Positions 10,322 to 20,335 of a DNA stretch of 64,000 nucleotides are shown here, in pieces; position 1 is the first letter of the stretch, and each line of letters starts with the position of its first letter. Location: positions 1,632,001 to 1,696,000 of the forward strand of contig CAXXJJ010000004.1 of the NCBI GenBank assembly GCA_963667015.2, written 5' to 3'. The position numbers were made by a program, and so were the translations under genes. The notes beneath the pieces were generated by a model. That model was not told where the DNA came from. It did no database searches and saw only the letters and a list, made by a program, of their open reading frames with translations. The DNA is from Desulfatiglandales bacterium. Lineage in GTDB: Bacteria; Desulfobacterota; DSM-4660; Desulfatiglandales; HGW-15.

Positions 10322-11077
10322 TCATTTTAAATTATTGTCAGCAAAGTGCTCCATAGCAGCACAAAAGAAATCTGCAAGACCAGTTTTATACTTCTCATAA
10401 AACTCTCTGAACTCAGGATTTTCGGCATATGTCACTCCCAGACCTTTATATGTATCGGCATTTGCAGGATAAAAGTTCTCGATCCATGCATGGTGCCGCT
10501 CAACCATTTTTTGAACCTCGGGAGCGTAAGGAGGTAAATTCATTAATTTTGCCATTTCAATGGCAATGGCTCCTCCTTCATCTTTCACTTCCTGCCATTG
10601 CTTTTTATCCATTTTGCCCATTCGTTCCCTGCTGGTTTTAACAAGCTCAGGATCATACTTTTCATCAACCTCTTTTTTATACCTTTTTATCTGCTCTTTA
10701 CTGAAACCCTCATACAGTTCTTCGTCGGTGAGTGCCATAGTGTTCTCCTTATAATCTAAAATGGTTTTATCAAGTGTATTAAGGAGATTTGAAAGCCTTT
10801 CAATTCTTTGTTCAATACTCTTCCTATGACTCACAAGGGCCTGAACTTCATCATATTCCGGATCATCAAGGATGTCCTTTATTTCGGTCAATGAAAAATC
10901 CAGTTCCCTGTAAAAAAGGATCTGCTGCAAACGTAAAAGATCCTCCCGTTGGTATTGCCTGTATCCGGCATCACTGCGAAAGGATGGTTTGAGCAATCCT
11001 GTTTCATCATAATGGTGCAGTGTGCGCACACTTACACCAGCCAGTTTAGCAAGCTTGCTTACAGTATATGTTTTCAT
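10322..11077 (-). CDS. MerR family regulator, Mta/TipA type (TipAS C-terminal domain)
   Basis: YTVSKLAKLAGVSVRTLHHYDETGLLKP...GYRQY; C-terminal EVQKMVERHHAWI...YKGLG..YAENPEF. Confidence 0.92.
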   Translation of the reverse strand: MKTYTVSKLAKLAGVSVRTLHHYDETGLLKPSFRSDAGYRQYQREDLLRLQQILFYRELDFSLTEIKDILDDPEYDEVQALVSHRKSIEQRIERLSNLLNTLDKTILDYKENTMALTDEELYEGFSKEQIKRYKKEVDEKYDPELVKTSRERMGKMDKKQWQEVKDEGGAIAIEMAKLMNLPPYAPEVQKMVERHHAWIENFYPANADTYKGLGVTYAENPEFREFYEKYKTGLADFFCAAMEHFADNNLK

Positions 11078-11096
11078 AATCTCCTCACTTGATAAA

Positions 11097-11127
11097 ATGC
11101 TACACTATGACGTAACGGGAGGGTCAA
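11097..11127 (-). promoter_or_regulatory. MerR-type autoregulated promoter with 19-bp spacer
   Basis: Minus strand TTGACC-CTCCCGTTACGTCATAGTG (19 bp)-TAGCAT. Confidence 0.85.
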
Positions 11128-11164
11128 GAGAAATTTATCATTTTTATTAATTATTTTTAAGGAA

Positions 11165-11306
11165 GAGGTAGTTTCAAAACGTTTAAGTTTGCACAAGATC
11201 AAGGAAGGCGAAAATTATAACCACAGGAATACACGAGGTATTTCGAGGATTATAATTTGAGTCTGACACAGATATTGCCCAAAATCGGGCGTTTTGAAAC
11301 TGGCTC
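11165..11306. mobile_element. MITE-like element of about 140 bp
   Basis: Terminal inverted repeats GAGGTAGTTTCAAAACG / CGTTTTGAAACTGGCTC, internal symmetry, no ORF. Confidence 0.7.
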
Positions 11307-11351
11307 AGGAGGTATGTAAATATATTTAGATCAGATTCAAATGATAACTTT

Positions 11352-11379
11352 GGAGACAGGTTTAAAACCTGTCTCTACA
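11352..11379. repeat. REP-like palindrome
   Basis: GAGACAGGTTT-A-AAACCTGTCTC followed by TACA. Confidence 0.65.
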
Positions 11380-11422
11380 AAATATTTACAGAATTTCATT
11401 AATACATTTTCCATATAAGCAC

Positions 11423-11671
11423 CTACCTGCCCACCAAGACAATAGCAGCTGTTTCTATGATTATTATTCCAGCCATGATTAATGCAAATTTTAAGAATCG
11501 CCAGCTTGCCTGTGTTAATTCCTTGTCCAGCACAACATCTAAATCACGCTGGCCGGCTCTTCCAAGGAATGCGCTAAAACATTTCATAAAATCCTGAAAG
11601 TTCTTAAACCTGAGTTTGGCAGCAATCACAAATATTATGATATTGATTACTATGATTATTGACTTTGTCAT
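11423..11671 (-). CDS. Small hypothetical membrane protein
   Basis: 82 aa ORF with two hydrophobic segments. Confidence 0.5.
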   Translation of the reverse strand: MTKSIIIVINIIIFVIAAKLRFKNFQDFMKCFSAFLGRAGQRDLDVVLDKELTQASWRFLKFALIMAGIIIIETAAIVLVGR

Positions 11672-11750
11672 TATACAATAATGCCCCGCTTTTTTGGGAA
11701 GCCGGCCTCCTGTCAGGTTTTTCGGTGAAGGACAGTCCTATAAAACTGCC

Positions 11751-12116
11751 CTATTCATAGTTAATTCTACGACGCCGTTTTGAATTTCCCGGTACAATCC
11801 AGCCGCACAGAAAAAATTCAATCACTACCCTTATCTTATCAGAAAGAGAATAGTCAGATTGAAAAGCGCCATTTACTCCGGAAGGATCTTTGGAACCGGT
11901 ATTCTTCAGGTAATCGAAAATGAGTTCGGAAGCACGGGAAAAATCATTTTCATTCACCATAATCGTTTTTTCATTATACAGGGGGATACAGGGACCTATT
12001 CGCAATGATCCGAAATAATCATTATGAACAAAGAAAGGAATCCCTTCACCCTCAAGAAGGCTTCGAATCAGGGCCAGGTCAACTTCTGTTTGCGGCGAAT
12101 AGAGTTTTATCATCAT
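11751..12116 (-). CDS. DUF2007 (putative signal transducing) domain protein
   Basis: LALIRSLLEGEGIPFFVHN...IMVNENDFSRASELI pattern. Confidence 0.75.
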   Translation of the reverse strand: MMIKLYSPQTEVDLALIRSLLEGEGIPFFVHNDYFGSLRIGPCIPLYNEKTIMVNENDFSRASELIFDYLKNTGSKDPSGVNGAFQSDYSLSDKIRVVIEFFLCGWIVPGNSKRRRRINYE

Positions 12117-12397
12117 TCCCTTAAAAATTTACAGGTTAGATTATTAAACCGAGCCTGTTAAAGATACTTTCTACTGCATTTATATCAGGTCACAGCACCA
12201 TTTTCTATTTTTATCAGGCTGTCTTTATACAGTGTTTCTGTTTCCATTATTACTTCTCAATGTATACGGCCTTGCGTAAATGTCATAAAGGATTCCCGAT
12301 TCTGCTGAAGTAAATGGTTAAGTTGATCTCTGAATTCAATACTGTTTTTGGAGTTATTTAGCTTTATAGAACCCCTTTCCCAGCTCCATGTCCAGTA

Positions 12398-12640
12398 TCA
12401 AAGGCTGCCGCCAGTGTTACCATTTCCGATATGATTACCTCTCCTTCTGTGTTTGATTTCGGAGAATAAAACAAAAGGCCATAGTAGAAACGCTAATAGC
12501 ACAAAAAGCTCAGGAATAATCATTATCTTCTCGAAACTCGTTACACTTTTCGGATTAATCTTTTTATCTTTATTGATGCGCCAGACAAATACTCCTATCC
12601 CAATTAAAGCGTATATTACAGCTATAATTACCCAGGTCAT
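12398..12640 (-). CDS. Small hypothetical membrane protein
   Basis: 80 aa, two TM segments, LLWPFV motif, AGAGGG RBS-like sequence upstream. Confidence 0.5.
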   Translation of the reverse strand: MTWVIIAVIYALIGIGVFVWRINKDKKINPKSVTSFEKIMIIPELFVLLAFLLWPFVLFSEIKHRRRGNHIGNGNTGGSL

Positions 12641-13026
12641 TTTAATCCCTCTCTGTAAATAGATTATTCTACTGATCTATAATCTTTACAAATCAAACGT
12701 TTTACAGAAAACTTGTATTTAGAAGTGAGTGTCCGCAATGATCAATATTAATACTCTATTCCCGGTTTATTTAAATACAAAAAATAATTACTGCTGTCTC
12801 TGTAACAATGAAGAGGTTGGATTCTAATATAAATATAAACTCAATGCTGTTTCAGGATTGTCACATTTCCGCGCAAAGTATGTCATTTACACAGGAGCAG
12901 AATATTTTGATGATAGGATCCCTGTGCCACACTGTTGTGATTAATCTTTTCAATTATCTTGATAATTGCCTCTTCCAGACTCTGCATATTTGCAATCTGT
13001 CGTTTTTCTTCGGTCTCGCTACTATT

Positions 13027-13494
13027 TTATTCCGGATCAAACTGCCAGCTCTCTTTTCTCGATGTAGCGAAGACGATTCCGTTTCCATTTTTATAGTCGC
13101 CATTCCTGGCGACTAACTCACCGTTGCCCGGTATTTTAATGTGGTAACGTTTATTGGTCATCACTGTTCTATTTTTGAGCGCATCTTCCATCGTTCTGAT
13201 TTTATCGTCGTAGGACGAAAGATTATCTAATTGCTTTTGGTACGGCTGAAGCATGGCGTCAATTTCTTCCACCTGTTTTTCGGCCATATCCTTCATTTCA
13301 TACAGCTCTGCTTCAACCTGCTTCGCTGTCGCTGATGCTAAAACAGCTTTTGCCGACCCATAGCTTATTAAACCAGCCGCAGCTAAGACTCCTATGAATC
13401 CACCTAATATCATCCACACCTTTCCTTTTTGGATTAACAGATAGTCTTTCCGGATTTGCCCCACTAATTTATCAAATTCATCTGAATCCATCAT
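13027..13494 (-). CDS. Hypothetical membrane-anchored coiled-coil protein
   Basis: RBS GGAGGAG; one TM segment followed by a heptad-rich region. Confidence 0.6.
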   Translation of the reverse strand: MMDSDEFDKLVGQIRKDYLLIQKGKVWMILGGFIGVLAAAGLISYGSAKAVLASATAKQVEAELYEMKDMAEKQVEEIDAMLQPYQKQLDNLSSYDDKIRTMEDALKNRTVMTNKRYHIKIPGNGELVARNGDYKNGNGIVFATSRKESWQFDPE

Positions 13495-13788
13495 CGCTCC
13501 TCCCTGTCAAAAAAACTTATCATTTGAACAACAAGTTACTCTATGAATCTGTGAATCTTTATAAATAGAAAGTTATGCAGAAAGATTTTTATATAATGAA
13601 CCGGAATTTGTTTTTTGAGTCTACTGTTCAGGAACTGATAAAAACTAATAAGCGCTTATTATTAATGATTTCTTTAGGTTGTTTTTTTTACATTTAGGAG
13701 AATTGCTCGCATTGGCATTTCTCCTATATAGCAAATAATCAGAGCGAATTTCAAATGTATTTTCATTTGTTAAAACAGCAGATAGAAC

Positions 13789-13853
13789 TAAAATCTTGAT
13801 TTTTGAATCTTGTCGAAGATCCAGTGTTGTGTACGGGAAATTTTGAACAAAAT
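13789..13853. repeat. About 65-bp repeat, inverted copy at 23821-23886
   Basis: 34-bp perfect core TTTTGAATCTTGTCGAAGATCCAGTGTTGTGTAC (13801-13834) is the reverse complement of 23841-23874. Confidence 0.85.
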
Positions 13854-13884
13854 CCCTAACAGTCTTCAGCCTGCTGCTACAGAC

Positions 13885-14131
13885 TATCAACCTGTTTTTT
13901 GTAACTGATCGCTGAATAGAGTTATTTAGTTTTTAAAGAATTTTGCTCGATCCCACGTCCCCGTGGGATCGCCTGTTTTGATGCTCTGCGTCGCGTTGCT
14001 AACCTTTGCATACTTCAAAGGTTTGATCTTGATCCTGCTTACATTATTATGCCATCTGTCCAATCCCAATATCTGGCTTACCCTTTAATGGATGACCCCG
14101 CTTTTCAACATAAACTTTAAAACTTAACAGC
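13885..14131. repeat. About 240-bp direct repeat (copy 2 at about 20937-21166), including a CCCACG..CGTGGG REP-like hairpin
   Basis: Shared GCCTGTTTTGATGCTCTGCG...TAAACTTTAAAACTTAACAGC. Confidence 0.85.
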
Positions 14132-14165
14132 TGTCAACTTTCGTTTAAAACTGAGCCACTTTACC
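14132..14165. mobile_element. Possible orphan IS21-family terminal repeat
   Basis: TGTCAACTTTCGTTTAAAACTGAGCCACTTT resembles IS21-type ends and starts exactly where the direct-repeat homology stops. Confidence 0.4.
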
Positions 14166-14253
14166 CTTGATTCTGATCTAACTTCATCGTTTCCTTTTCA
14201 TTATTTTTTCTGAGTCTATAACATCACCTCTCCCCACTTAATTCAATATATTA

Positions 14254-15923
14254 CCTGAATTTTGCACGAAAACGCATTTTCTATAGTTTATTATTCAATT
14301 TTTATAAAGCTTATTTCTCCGTGCAAGAAATTTTGTGCACGAAGTACAACCAACTCAAATTACAGCTAAATTATTGCCGCACCAAGGTTTAGGCACTGCT
14401 CTCTTCATATCCAAATATTCCATGAACGACAGTAAGGCAGGTGTTCGGCTATCATGGATAGAGTACCTGACTTTATTCCGGTTTGATGCCATGACAACCT
14501 TTGCGGCAATCATCAGCAAACGCAACCTTGCTATACGAACAGTATTTGTTTTTATCCCTTTAAGTGAAGCAGCCTGCGGTGCTGCCTCATCAGGTTGTTT
14601 GTCTTTGCAACTATTCTCAGCCATTATTTTCAAGTAGCGCCAGATATTATAGGCCAGCATTACAACTTGAAAATAAGCATAGTTATTTTTGAAACGTGAT
14701 GAAGGAATGGCGTCAAGCCCTTCACGTTTTGATTCACCCACCAGGTTTTCAACATCTGCACGTTTATCATACAGGGCAATGACCTTATGAGCTTTTTGCC
14801 TGAGATCAGTGCTGAATATACGATAAGTATATTTATCTTCTTCAAACAGTTCGTACTGAGTATTTTGATCTTTGATATTTTCTTTGGGCATTCTCATTGC
14901 AACAAACCTGACAGGTTCCTCCCACCCCTGAGGCTGGTATACGCAACTGTTGTACTCACACGCCTGTTTTTTGTTAGGCTGATACCAAAGTCGGGGATCA
15001 AATGGAGGATTGCATCCTTTGTTAGCAAAAATAAAATTATAGCCTTCTTCTATGCATTCATGAACACTTTCTGCACTTTGGAATTCCCCATCCCCACGTA
15101 CCAAAACCTGTTCAACGCAGCCAGGCAGCTGGCTTTTTATTTGGGAAATAAATTCCGCAGTTTCGATGCCTCCCATGGTTTCACCTCTACGAAGTTTGCC
15201 GATCAGATATTCCCTGCTTTCCTCAATAAAACACAGGACTGGTCGATAGCCTTTCTTTCCGCGGTTTTTAGTGTTGTGGCCTTTCCGAGCCCCCTGTTGA
15301 TCTCCAAAAACTGTCTCGACTGTTGTGTCTATATCTAAGCAAACTTTGCGATAAGAAATATTGTTAAGGCTCCAGACACGCTCTCTAAGGACTGCCATTA
15401 CATTCAGTAAGGATTTCCCCTGATTGAGACCCATACTATTAACGTATCGCCAAAAAGTACTGGCAACAGGCAAGCTGGTAACCCTAAAAAATCCGCAAAG
15501 CATCGAATCAAAACGTAAATATGAAAAATGCCATACCCTGTTGAAGCCTATAAATAGTAGCGTCAGCAGACCGACTACCATAGAATAGTGTCCCAGCTTG
15601 GGTTTCCGGCTAGGGGCTTTATATACAGATTCAAATATTTCCCGAAAATCAATCAGGTCTATAAATTTTATAATGGCCAAAAGCCCGCCAAATGGGCTTA
15701 GCTGTTCACTGCATGTGTCATATGCTGTAGATGCATTGATATTTCTGGCATTTGAGTGATCTGTCTGGGTTCCTTTATTGTTGTACTTCTTAGTGAATTT
15801 TGATTTATTAGCTTTTACCATCTGGGTATCTCCTGTATTTATGGTTGTCTTTGTCAACTCCCATAATAACAGCGGTTCCCAGATGGTTTCTATGTTTTTT
15901 TATTTTTTAATGCAAAATTCAGG
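14254..15923 (-). mobile_element. IS1380 family insertion sequence, complete (1670 bp)
   Basis: 13-bp TIR CCTGAATTTTGCA / TGCAAAATTCAGG; 5-bp TSD TATTA at 14249-14253 and 15924-15928. Confidence 0.92.
14355..15821 (-). CDS. IS1380 family DDE transposase
   Basis: LDIDTT, GYRP, VRGDGEF, YDKRADVENLVGESK motifs; ATG at 15821 with AGGAG RBS. Confidence 0.92.
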   Translation of the reverse strand: MVKANKSKFTKKYNNKGTQTDHSNARNINASTAYDTCSEQLSPFGGLLAIIKFIDLIDFREIFESVYKAPSRKPKLGHYSMVVGLLTLLFIGFNRVWHFSYLRFDSMLCGFFRVTSLPVASTFWRYVNSMGLNQGKSLLNVMAVLRERVWSLNNISYRKVCLDIDTTVETVFGDQQGARKGHNTKNRGKKGYRPVLCFIEESREYLIGKLRRGETMGGIETAEFISQIKSQLPGCVEQVLVRGDGEFQSAESVHECIEEGYNFIFANKGCNPPFDPRLWYQPNKKQACEYNSCVYQPQGWEEPVRFVAMRMPKENIKDQNTQYELFEEDKYTYRIFSTDLRQKAHKVIALYDKRADVENLVGESKREGLDAIPSSRFKNNYAYFQVVMLAYNIWRYLKIMAENSCKDKQPDEAAPQAASLKGIKTNTVRIARLRLLMIAAKVVMASNRNKVRYSIHDSRTPALLSFMEYLDMKRAVPKPWCGNNLAVI

Positions 15924-16027
15924 TATTAATTCAGAAGAGTTTTGCTATTTTAAGGCGCTCAATAAAAGTTGCAAATTGGAGGATAATAAAATGACATTAA
16001 GGTAGCCCCTTCCACATATACAGCTTA

Positions 16028-18457
16028 TTACAAATTAGCCGAAAGAACGCTTGATTTGATTCTCTTAAAATTTGGAGGCAAATGCCAACCGCCTATGCTT
16101 TCTCTCATTTTTTCTTGCTCAAAGAAATGTTTCAATTTTTTTGCTGATTCATCTGTAATGGGTCTTCTCAAACGAGCAAACACTTTTATACGCGTATCTA
16201 AAAATTCATAAAAATAGGGACCCATTTTTGTAATAATTCCTTTTTTCATTAAAGTACGAGCAAAACTTGAACACGCTTGCTTAGTGATTCCCAGTTTATC
16301 CGCAATAAAATAAATATCACGGATATTAAAATCATCAGTGCGCCTAAATGACAATAGGTTTAATATAGTCTCCTTCTGCCAATTAGATTGTATTATATCT
16401 AGGTATTTTGCATCAAGATCGGCTAAATCCTTTAGTCGCCTTTCCATTGCTGAAGACACGTCTGATTCGGTTATTATTAAGGGTCTTATGTTTTCAGACT
16501 TTGTTCTCTTTATAGCTTCAGCAACTGAGTAACGTCCAAAAAAATGAACAAAAAAAGGCATTCCTCGTGCAGACTCTGATAATTGTTTGATAGCATCGGG
16601 AGTGAATGTAAATTGTCCCCTACTCCTCGCTATTTCCTTATTAATAATTTCACCACATTCATCTTCGTCCATTTTACTAACCAATATCTGCCCCTCAGCG
16701 ATTTGTCTTGGTACTGAAGCATGTTCTTGCACAAGTAAAACAACATCTGTTGCGGTCCCAGATATTATGTATTTTATAAATGGATTGTTCTTCATATGGC
16801 TGGCGAACCCCTTCTTATCGGCTATAACATCAAACTCATCCAATACTATTGTTAATGGTGAGTCATTCCATAATTTGCTAATCAAATAGGCAATATTAGT
16901 AAACAGCTTTTCAGCAATATTCATCGTTTCAGGAGTTCTACCAAAATCATAAATTTTCTTTATTTGCCCAAATGTCATTTCATTTGATGGTTTCATCAAC
17001 TCATCTTTAATTCTTTTTGAATCGAGCAAAATGCCAAAATTTAAGGGACCAGCCTTATCTAGTAACAAAGAGATGAAGACATCTGGAATAGTTTTATCAA
17101 TATTACTATCGCAACTATAATACACCACTGGTAAATTAAACCCCTCATCAGGTAATTCTTCATAGTTCAATTTAAGGCTATTTAATAGTTTGTTATGACC
17201 TCCGGATGCGATATGACCTAACTGAATAGCTAAAGAACTTTTTCCAACACCGGCTTTACCATAAATTGCTATAGAAGCACCTTCCGCTTTTAACACGCCG
17301 ATACCCTTAGCTAGTTCTTCCCTTCTTCCAACAAAAAGTGACTCGTTATCCTGAGCCTTAGCAACAGTAAAATAATTATATATATCAATGCCTTTTCTGA
17401 TTTTTGTGGGTATTGTTTGATTCCTTGGCAATCTTTTATTTTGACTCAATCTTTTTTCACCAACTAGTGGCAAGTTGTTCAAAGTCCAAATACCATCCTG
17501 GGATGTCTTTTTATAAAATATTTTAGGTATCCACCCCCCCCCAGTTTCATCAAATGACCTTAAAAATATTTTTGCTCTATTCTCTCTAAAAAGTATTTGA
17601 GTAATATTGTATCCAGTTTCCTTTTCAGGTGCTTCATAGCATGTTCCTCCTGATATTTTAACATGGTGATCAATCCGAGTTACCCAGTCTTTATGTTCAT
17701 GTCCATGCAGCAAAAAATCAAAATTTAACTCTATTCTACGGCTGACACGGTTTTCCTCATATTCATTTAACCAATTGGAGGGATGATGACATAATAAAAT
17801 CTTTATATCTGCATTTTGTGATTTATTTATAACTTCATCAAGTTGCCAAAGGCCAAGCCATAATTTACCTTTTTCACGATCACCTGACGATGACCAAGCT
17901 GTATTAATACCAGAAATTGAAATAAGAATATCTCCGACCTGTATCTCTCTCGAAAACCATAATCTCTGCAGGTCTTGTAGTAAGTGGTTATACTTATATC
18001 TACTAAGTGCCTGTCTGTAACTAGCAAGACGTTCAATATAACGCAACCACTGCTGATCTCGTTTATACATGAGATCATTAATTATTTGAGGTTGAGAACA
18101 CTCTAAAAGCCATTTGGTTTGATCTATAGTAACTTTCTGTCTATTCACATCATGATTTCCAGGAACTATGAAAATAGCTTTTTTGGGTATAATCGGATCA
18201 AAAATATTTCTCACATCATCAAGCACTTCAAAAAATTTATCATACTGTTTTTTTATTGTTTTTTTCTTGCCGATGTAACCAAAAACCAAATCTCCGGTAA
18301 AAAAAATTAAATCTGGCCTTAAATCATACCTGTCTCTAGCACATTTCAGATCATCCATGAGTGCTTTGAAATGTTTTTTTGAGTTCCAATCAAAGTTAGG
18401 GTTTCCAAGATGAGTATCAGATAAGTGTAACCATGTAAGTGTGCTTGGGTTGTTCAT
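16028..18457 (-). CDS. Calcineurin-like metallophosphoesterase fused to STAND/AAA-type ATPase and probable C-terminal wHTH
   Basis: HLSDTH, FTGDLV, PGNHDV, CHHP and LHGHEH motifs; FVGREEEL, GKAGVGKSS Walker A, IVLDEFD Walker B, GMPFFVH. Confidence 0.85.
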   Translation of the reverse strand: MNNPSTLTWLHLSDTHLGNPNFDWNSKKHFKALMDDLKCARDRYDLRPDLIFFTGDLVFGYIGKKKTIKKQYDKFFEVLDDVRNIFDPIIPKKAIFIVPGNHDVNRQKVTIDQTKWLLECSQPQIINDLMYKRDQQWLRYIERLASYRQALSRYKYNHLLQDLQRLWFSREIQVGDILISISGINTAWSSSGDREKGKLWLGLWQLDEVINKSQNADIKILLCHHPSNWLNEYEENRVSRRIELNFDFLLHGHEHKDWVTRIDHHVKISGGTCYEAPEKETGYNITQILFRENRAKIFLRSFDETGGGWIPKIFYKKTSQDGIWTLNNLPLVGEKRLSQNKRLPRNQTIPTKIRKGIDIYNYFTVAKAQDNESLFVGRREELAKGIGVLKAEGASIAIYGKAGVGKSSLAIQLGHIASGGHNKLLNSLKLNYEELPDEGFNLPVVYYSCDSNIDKTIPDVFISLLLDKAGPLNFGILLDSKRIKDELMKPSNEMTFGQIKKIYDFGRTPETMNIAEKLFTNIAYLISKLWNDSPLTIVLDEFDVIADKKGFASHMKNNPFIKYIISGTATDVVLLVQEHASVPRQIAEGQILVSKMDEDECGEIINKEIARSRGQFTFTPDAIKQLSESARGMPFFVHFFGRYSVAEAIKRTKSENIRPLIITESDVSSAMERRLKDLADLDAKYLDIIQSNWQKETILNLLSFRRTDDFNIRDIYFIADKLGITKQACSSFARTLMKKGIITKMGPYFYEFLDTRIKVFARLRRPITDESAKKLKHFFEQEKMRESIGGWHLPPNFKRIKSSVLSANL

Positions 18458-18817
18458 AAATTGTTATCTCACTTTCATAAAATATACAAAAAAGCTCACA
18501 TATACCGTTGCCCATTGTTATACAAATTATAGTTGCTCAATAAAAATATATTTAAAAAACAGTTTTCAGTTTGCCTTAGGCGGATAAACGAAAAGACTTT
18601 TAACGCAGTAATCTGTTGACCTGAAATAAAACAACTAATTAGATTTAGGACTAATGAATTGAAAAAGCAAGAAAAAACTAGCTGGCGGGTCATGAAAGCT
18701 ATGCCAGGTCAGGGAAGCTGTTTAGACTATAACCAGTAGGGATGATAGATTCAATGTTCAAGATTATTAAATAAAATGAAGCAGTCTGAAAGTCGTTAGG
18801 AAAAACAAGGAAAAATA

Positions 18818-18869
18818 TAGGCCTTCACTTTTCACATCCTTACTGACAACTGTGAAAAGTGGAGACCTA
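18818..18869. repeat. Inverted-repeat element at the 3' end of the FlgC-like gene
   Basis: TAGGCCTTCACTTTTCACA-N14-TGTGAAAAGTGGAGACCTA. Confidence 0.6.
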
Positions 18870-19243
18870 ACACCCTTTCTTTCTCTTAACATTAGGATAA
18901 AAGATATACCCGTCTGAATCTGCATCAGGATGTCCGGGATCAAAGACTGTTTTCAGATCTCCGGGGACACCTGTAATTTTTACCATCTCAAAATCCTTAT
19001 TTACTATAAGACTCCTTCTTCTATAGGGCCCGCCTGTAACAGTCATGGTGGTATTTACATTTGCCATGTTCATATAATAAACATTTATCGAAGTCTTAGT
19101 CGTTTTCAGTATCTTTGCCATTTCTTCCAGTAACCCTTTTTGATCAGGTATTCTGTAAATCAAAGGATCTTCGGATATGGCTTCTACTCTATAGTTCCTG
19201 TTCTTTAAAAAATCACGGCGCGTTTCTGGGACAATGTCTCAAC

Positions 19244-20335
19244 TTAGATTTGCATTACACTACATGCGGAAACAGGTTTAATAAGCATTAAATTCTCCAT
19301 GTTTTTTGTCAAGACATTTTGAGATACGCGGTTGACCTCCTTTCTGTATGCACGTTGTTTTTCAAGTTTTTTCTTACGAAGAGAGACTATTTTATCTCTC
19401 AGGCCCTTATGGCACTGATCCGGTGTTACGTAATCAATGCCTGAATGCAAATGCTCTTTGTTATACCATAGAAAATATTCTCTAAAGTATTGAACAGCTT
19501 CATCACGGTCTAAAAAGCAACCGGGATACTGTGGAGCCCTTTTAACCGAGCCAAACATCGACTCTATAAAGGGATTATCATTGGGGGTTCGCGGTCTGGC
19601 AAACAGCTGAGGCATATGATGCTCCTCAAACATTGTCTTAATTGGCCTGGCTTTCATCTGACGGCCTCTGTCATTAATGATCTCCGGACGTTGATCTTCC
19701 GGAAGATCCAGAATGTTTTCATTCATAAGCCCGTCTTCAATGAGTTCTTTGGCTTCTTCAGCCGTTTGATGCCAACTGACCAACCAGGAGATGGCTTTAC
19801 GAGAGTATTCATCTAAAAGTAAATACAGATAAAGAAAAATACCCTTTTCCATGGTTGGCAAATAACTTATATCCCAGCACCATCGCTGATTAGGTCCTGT
19901 AAGTTCTTTACGTACAGGAGGGATTGAACGACCATTATGCCTTTTATTATTACCTCTTATTGTAGCCATATTTTCAGAACGTAAAATGCGATATACAGAA
20001 GAAAAAGAAACAAAGAATATATCCAGATCCCAGGCTGTTACTGCTAATATCCTGTGGGATAGATCTGCATATTCTTCTTTCTTGGCCATGTCCAAAACAG
20101 CTGTTCTCTCTGCAGGCAAAAGCCTGTTAACTTGTTCCTGTGGTCCTGGTTTTAGATTATCAAGGCTATGGCCATTGTCTCTTTTCCAGCGCCACCGGGT
20201 TACTCTGCGACGGTTAATCATCAAAAGTGTACAGGTTCGTTTTACTGAGATTCCAGCATTCTGGGCTTCATCTATAACTGCCAGGATGTTAACCTTCTGT
20301 TCCCGGCTTAGCCACTGGTCTGTTATCTCTCCCAC
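19244..20335 (-). CDS. IS3 family transposase OrfB (rve integrase core)
   Basis: PNQRWCWDISYL, LLDEYSRK, NDRGRQM, PNDNPFIESMF, YNKEHLHSGIDYVTP. Confidence 0.92.
   Translation of the reverse strand: MGEITDQWLSREQKVNILAVIDEAQNAGISVKRTCTLLMINRRRVTRWRWKRDNGHSLDNLKPGPQEQVNRLLPAERTAVLDMAKKEEYADLSHRILAVTAWDLDIFFVSFSSVYRILRSENMATIRGNNKRHNGRSIPPVRKELTGPNQRWCWDISYLPTMEKGIFLYLYLLLDEYSRKAISWLVSWHQTAEEAKELIEDGLMNENILDLPEDQRPEIINDRGRQMKARPIKTMFEEHHMPQLFARPRTPNDNPFIESMFGSVKRAPQYPGCFLDRDEAVQYFREYFLWYNKEHLHSGIDYVTPDQCHKGLRDKIVSLRKKKLEKQRAYRKEVNRVSQNVLTKNMENLMLIKPVSACSVMQI

Noticed and set aside
11400..13500. Run of short co-oriented minus-strand genes suggesting an integron cassette array
   Set aside because: No convincing RYYYAAC...GTTRRRY attC hairpins between the genes and no integron integrase in the window
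12808..13890. ORFs 12808-13116 (+) and 13645-13890 (-)
   Set aside because: They overlap repeats or a better ORF on the other strand; no RBS or motifs
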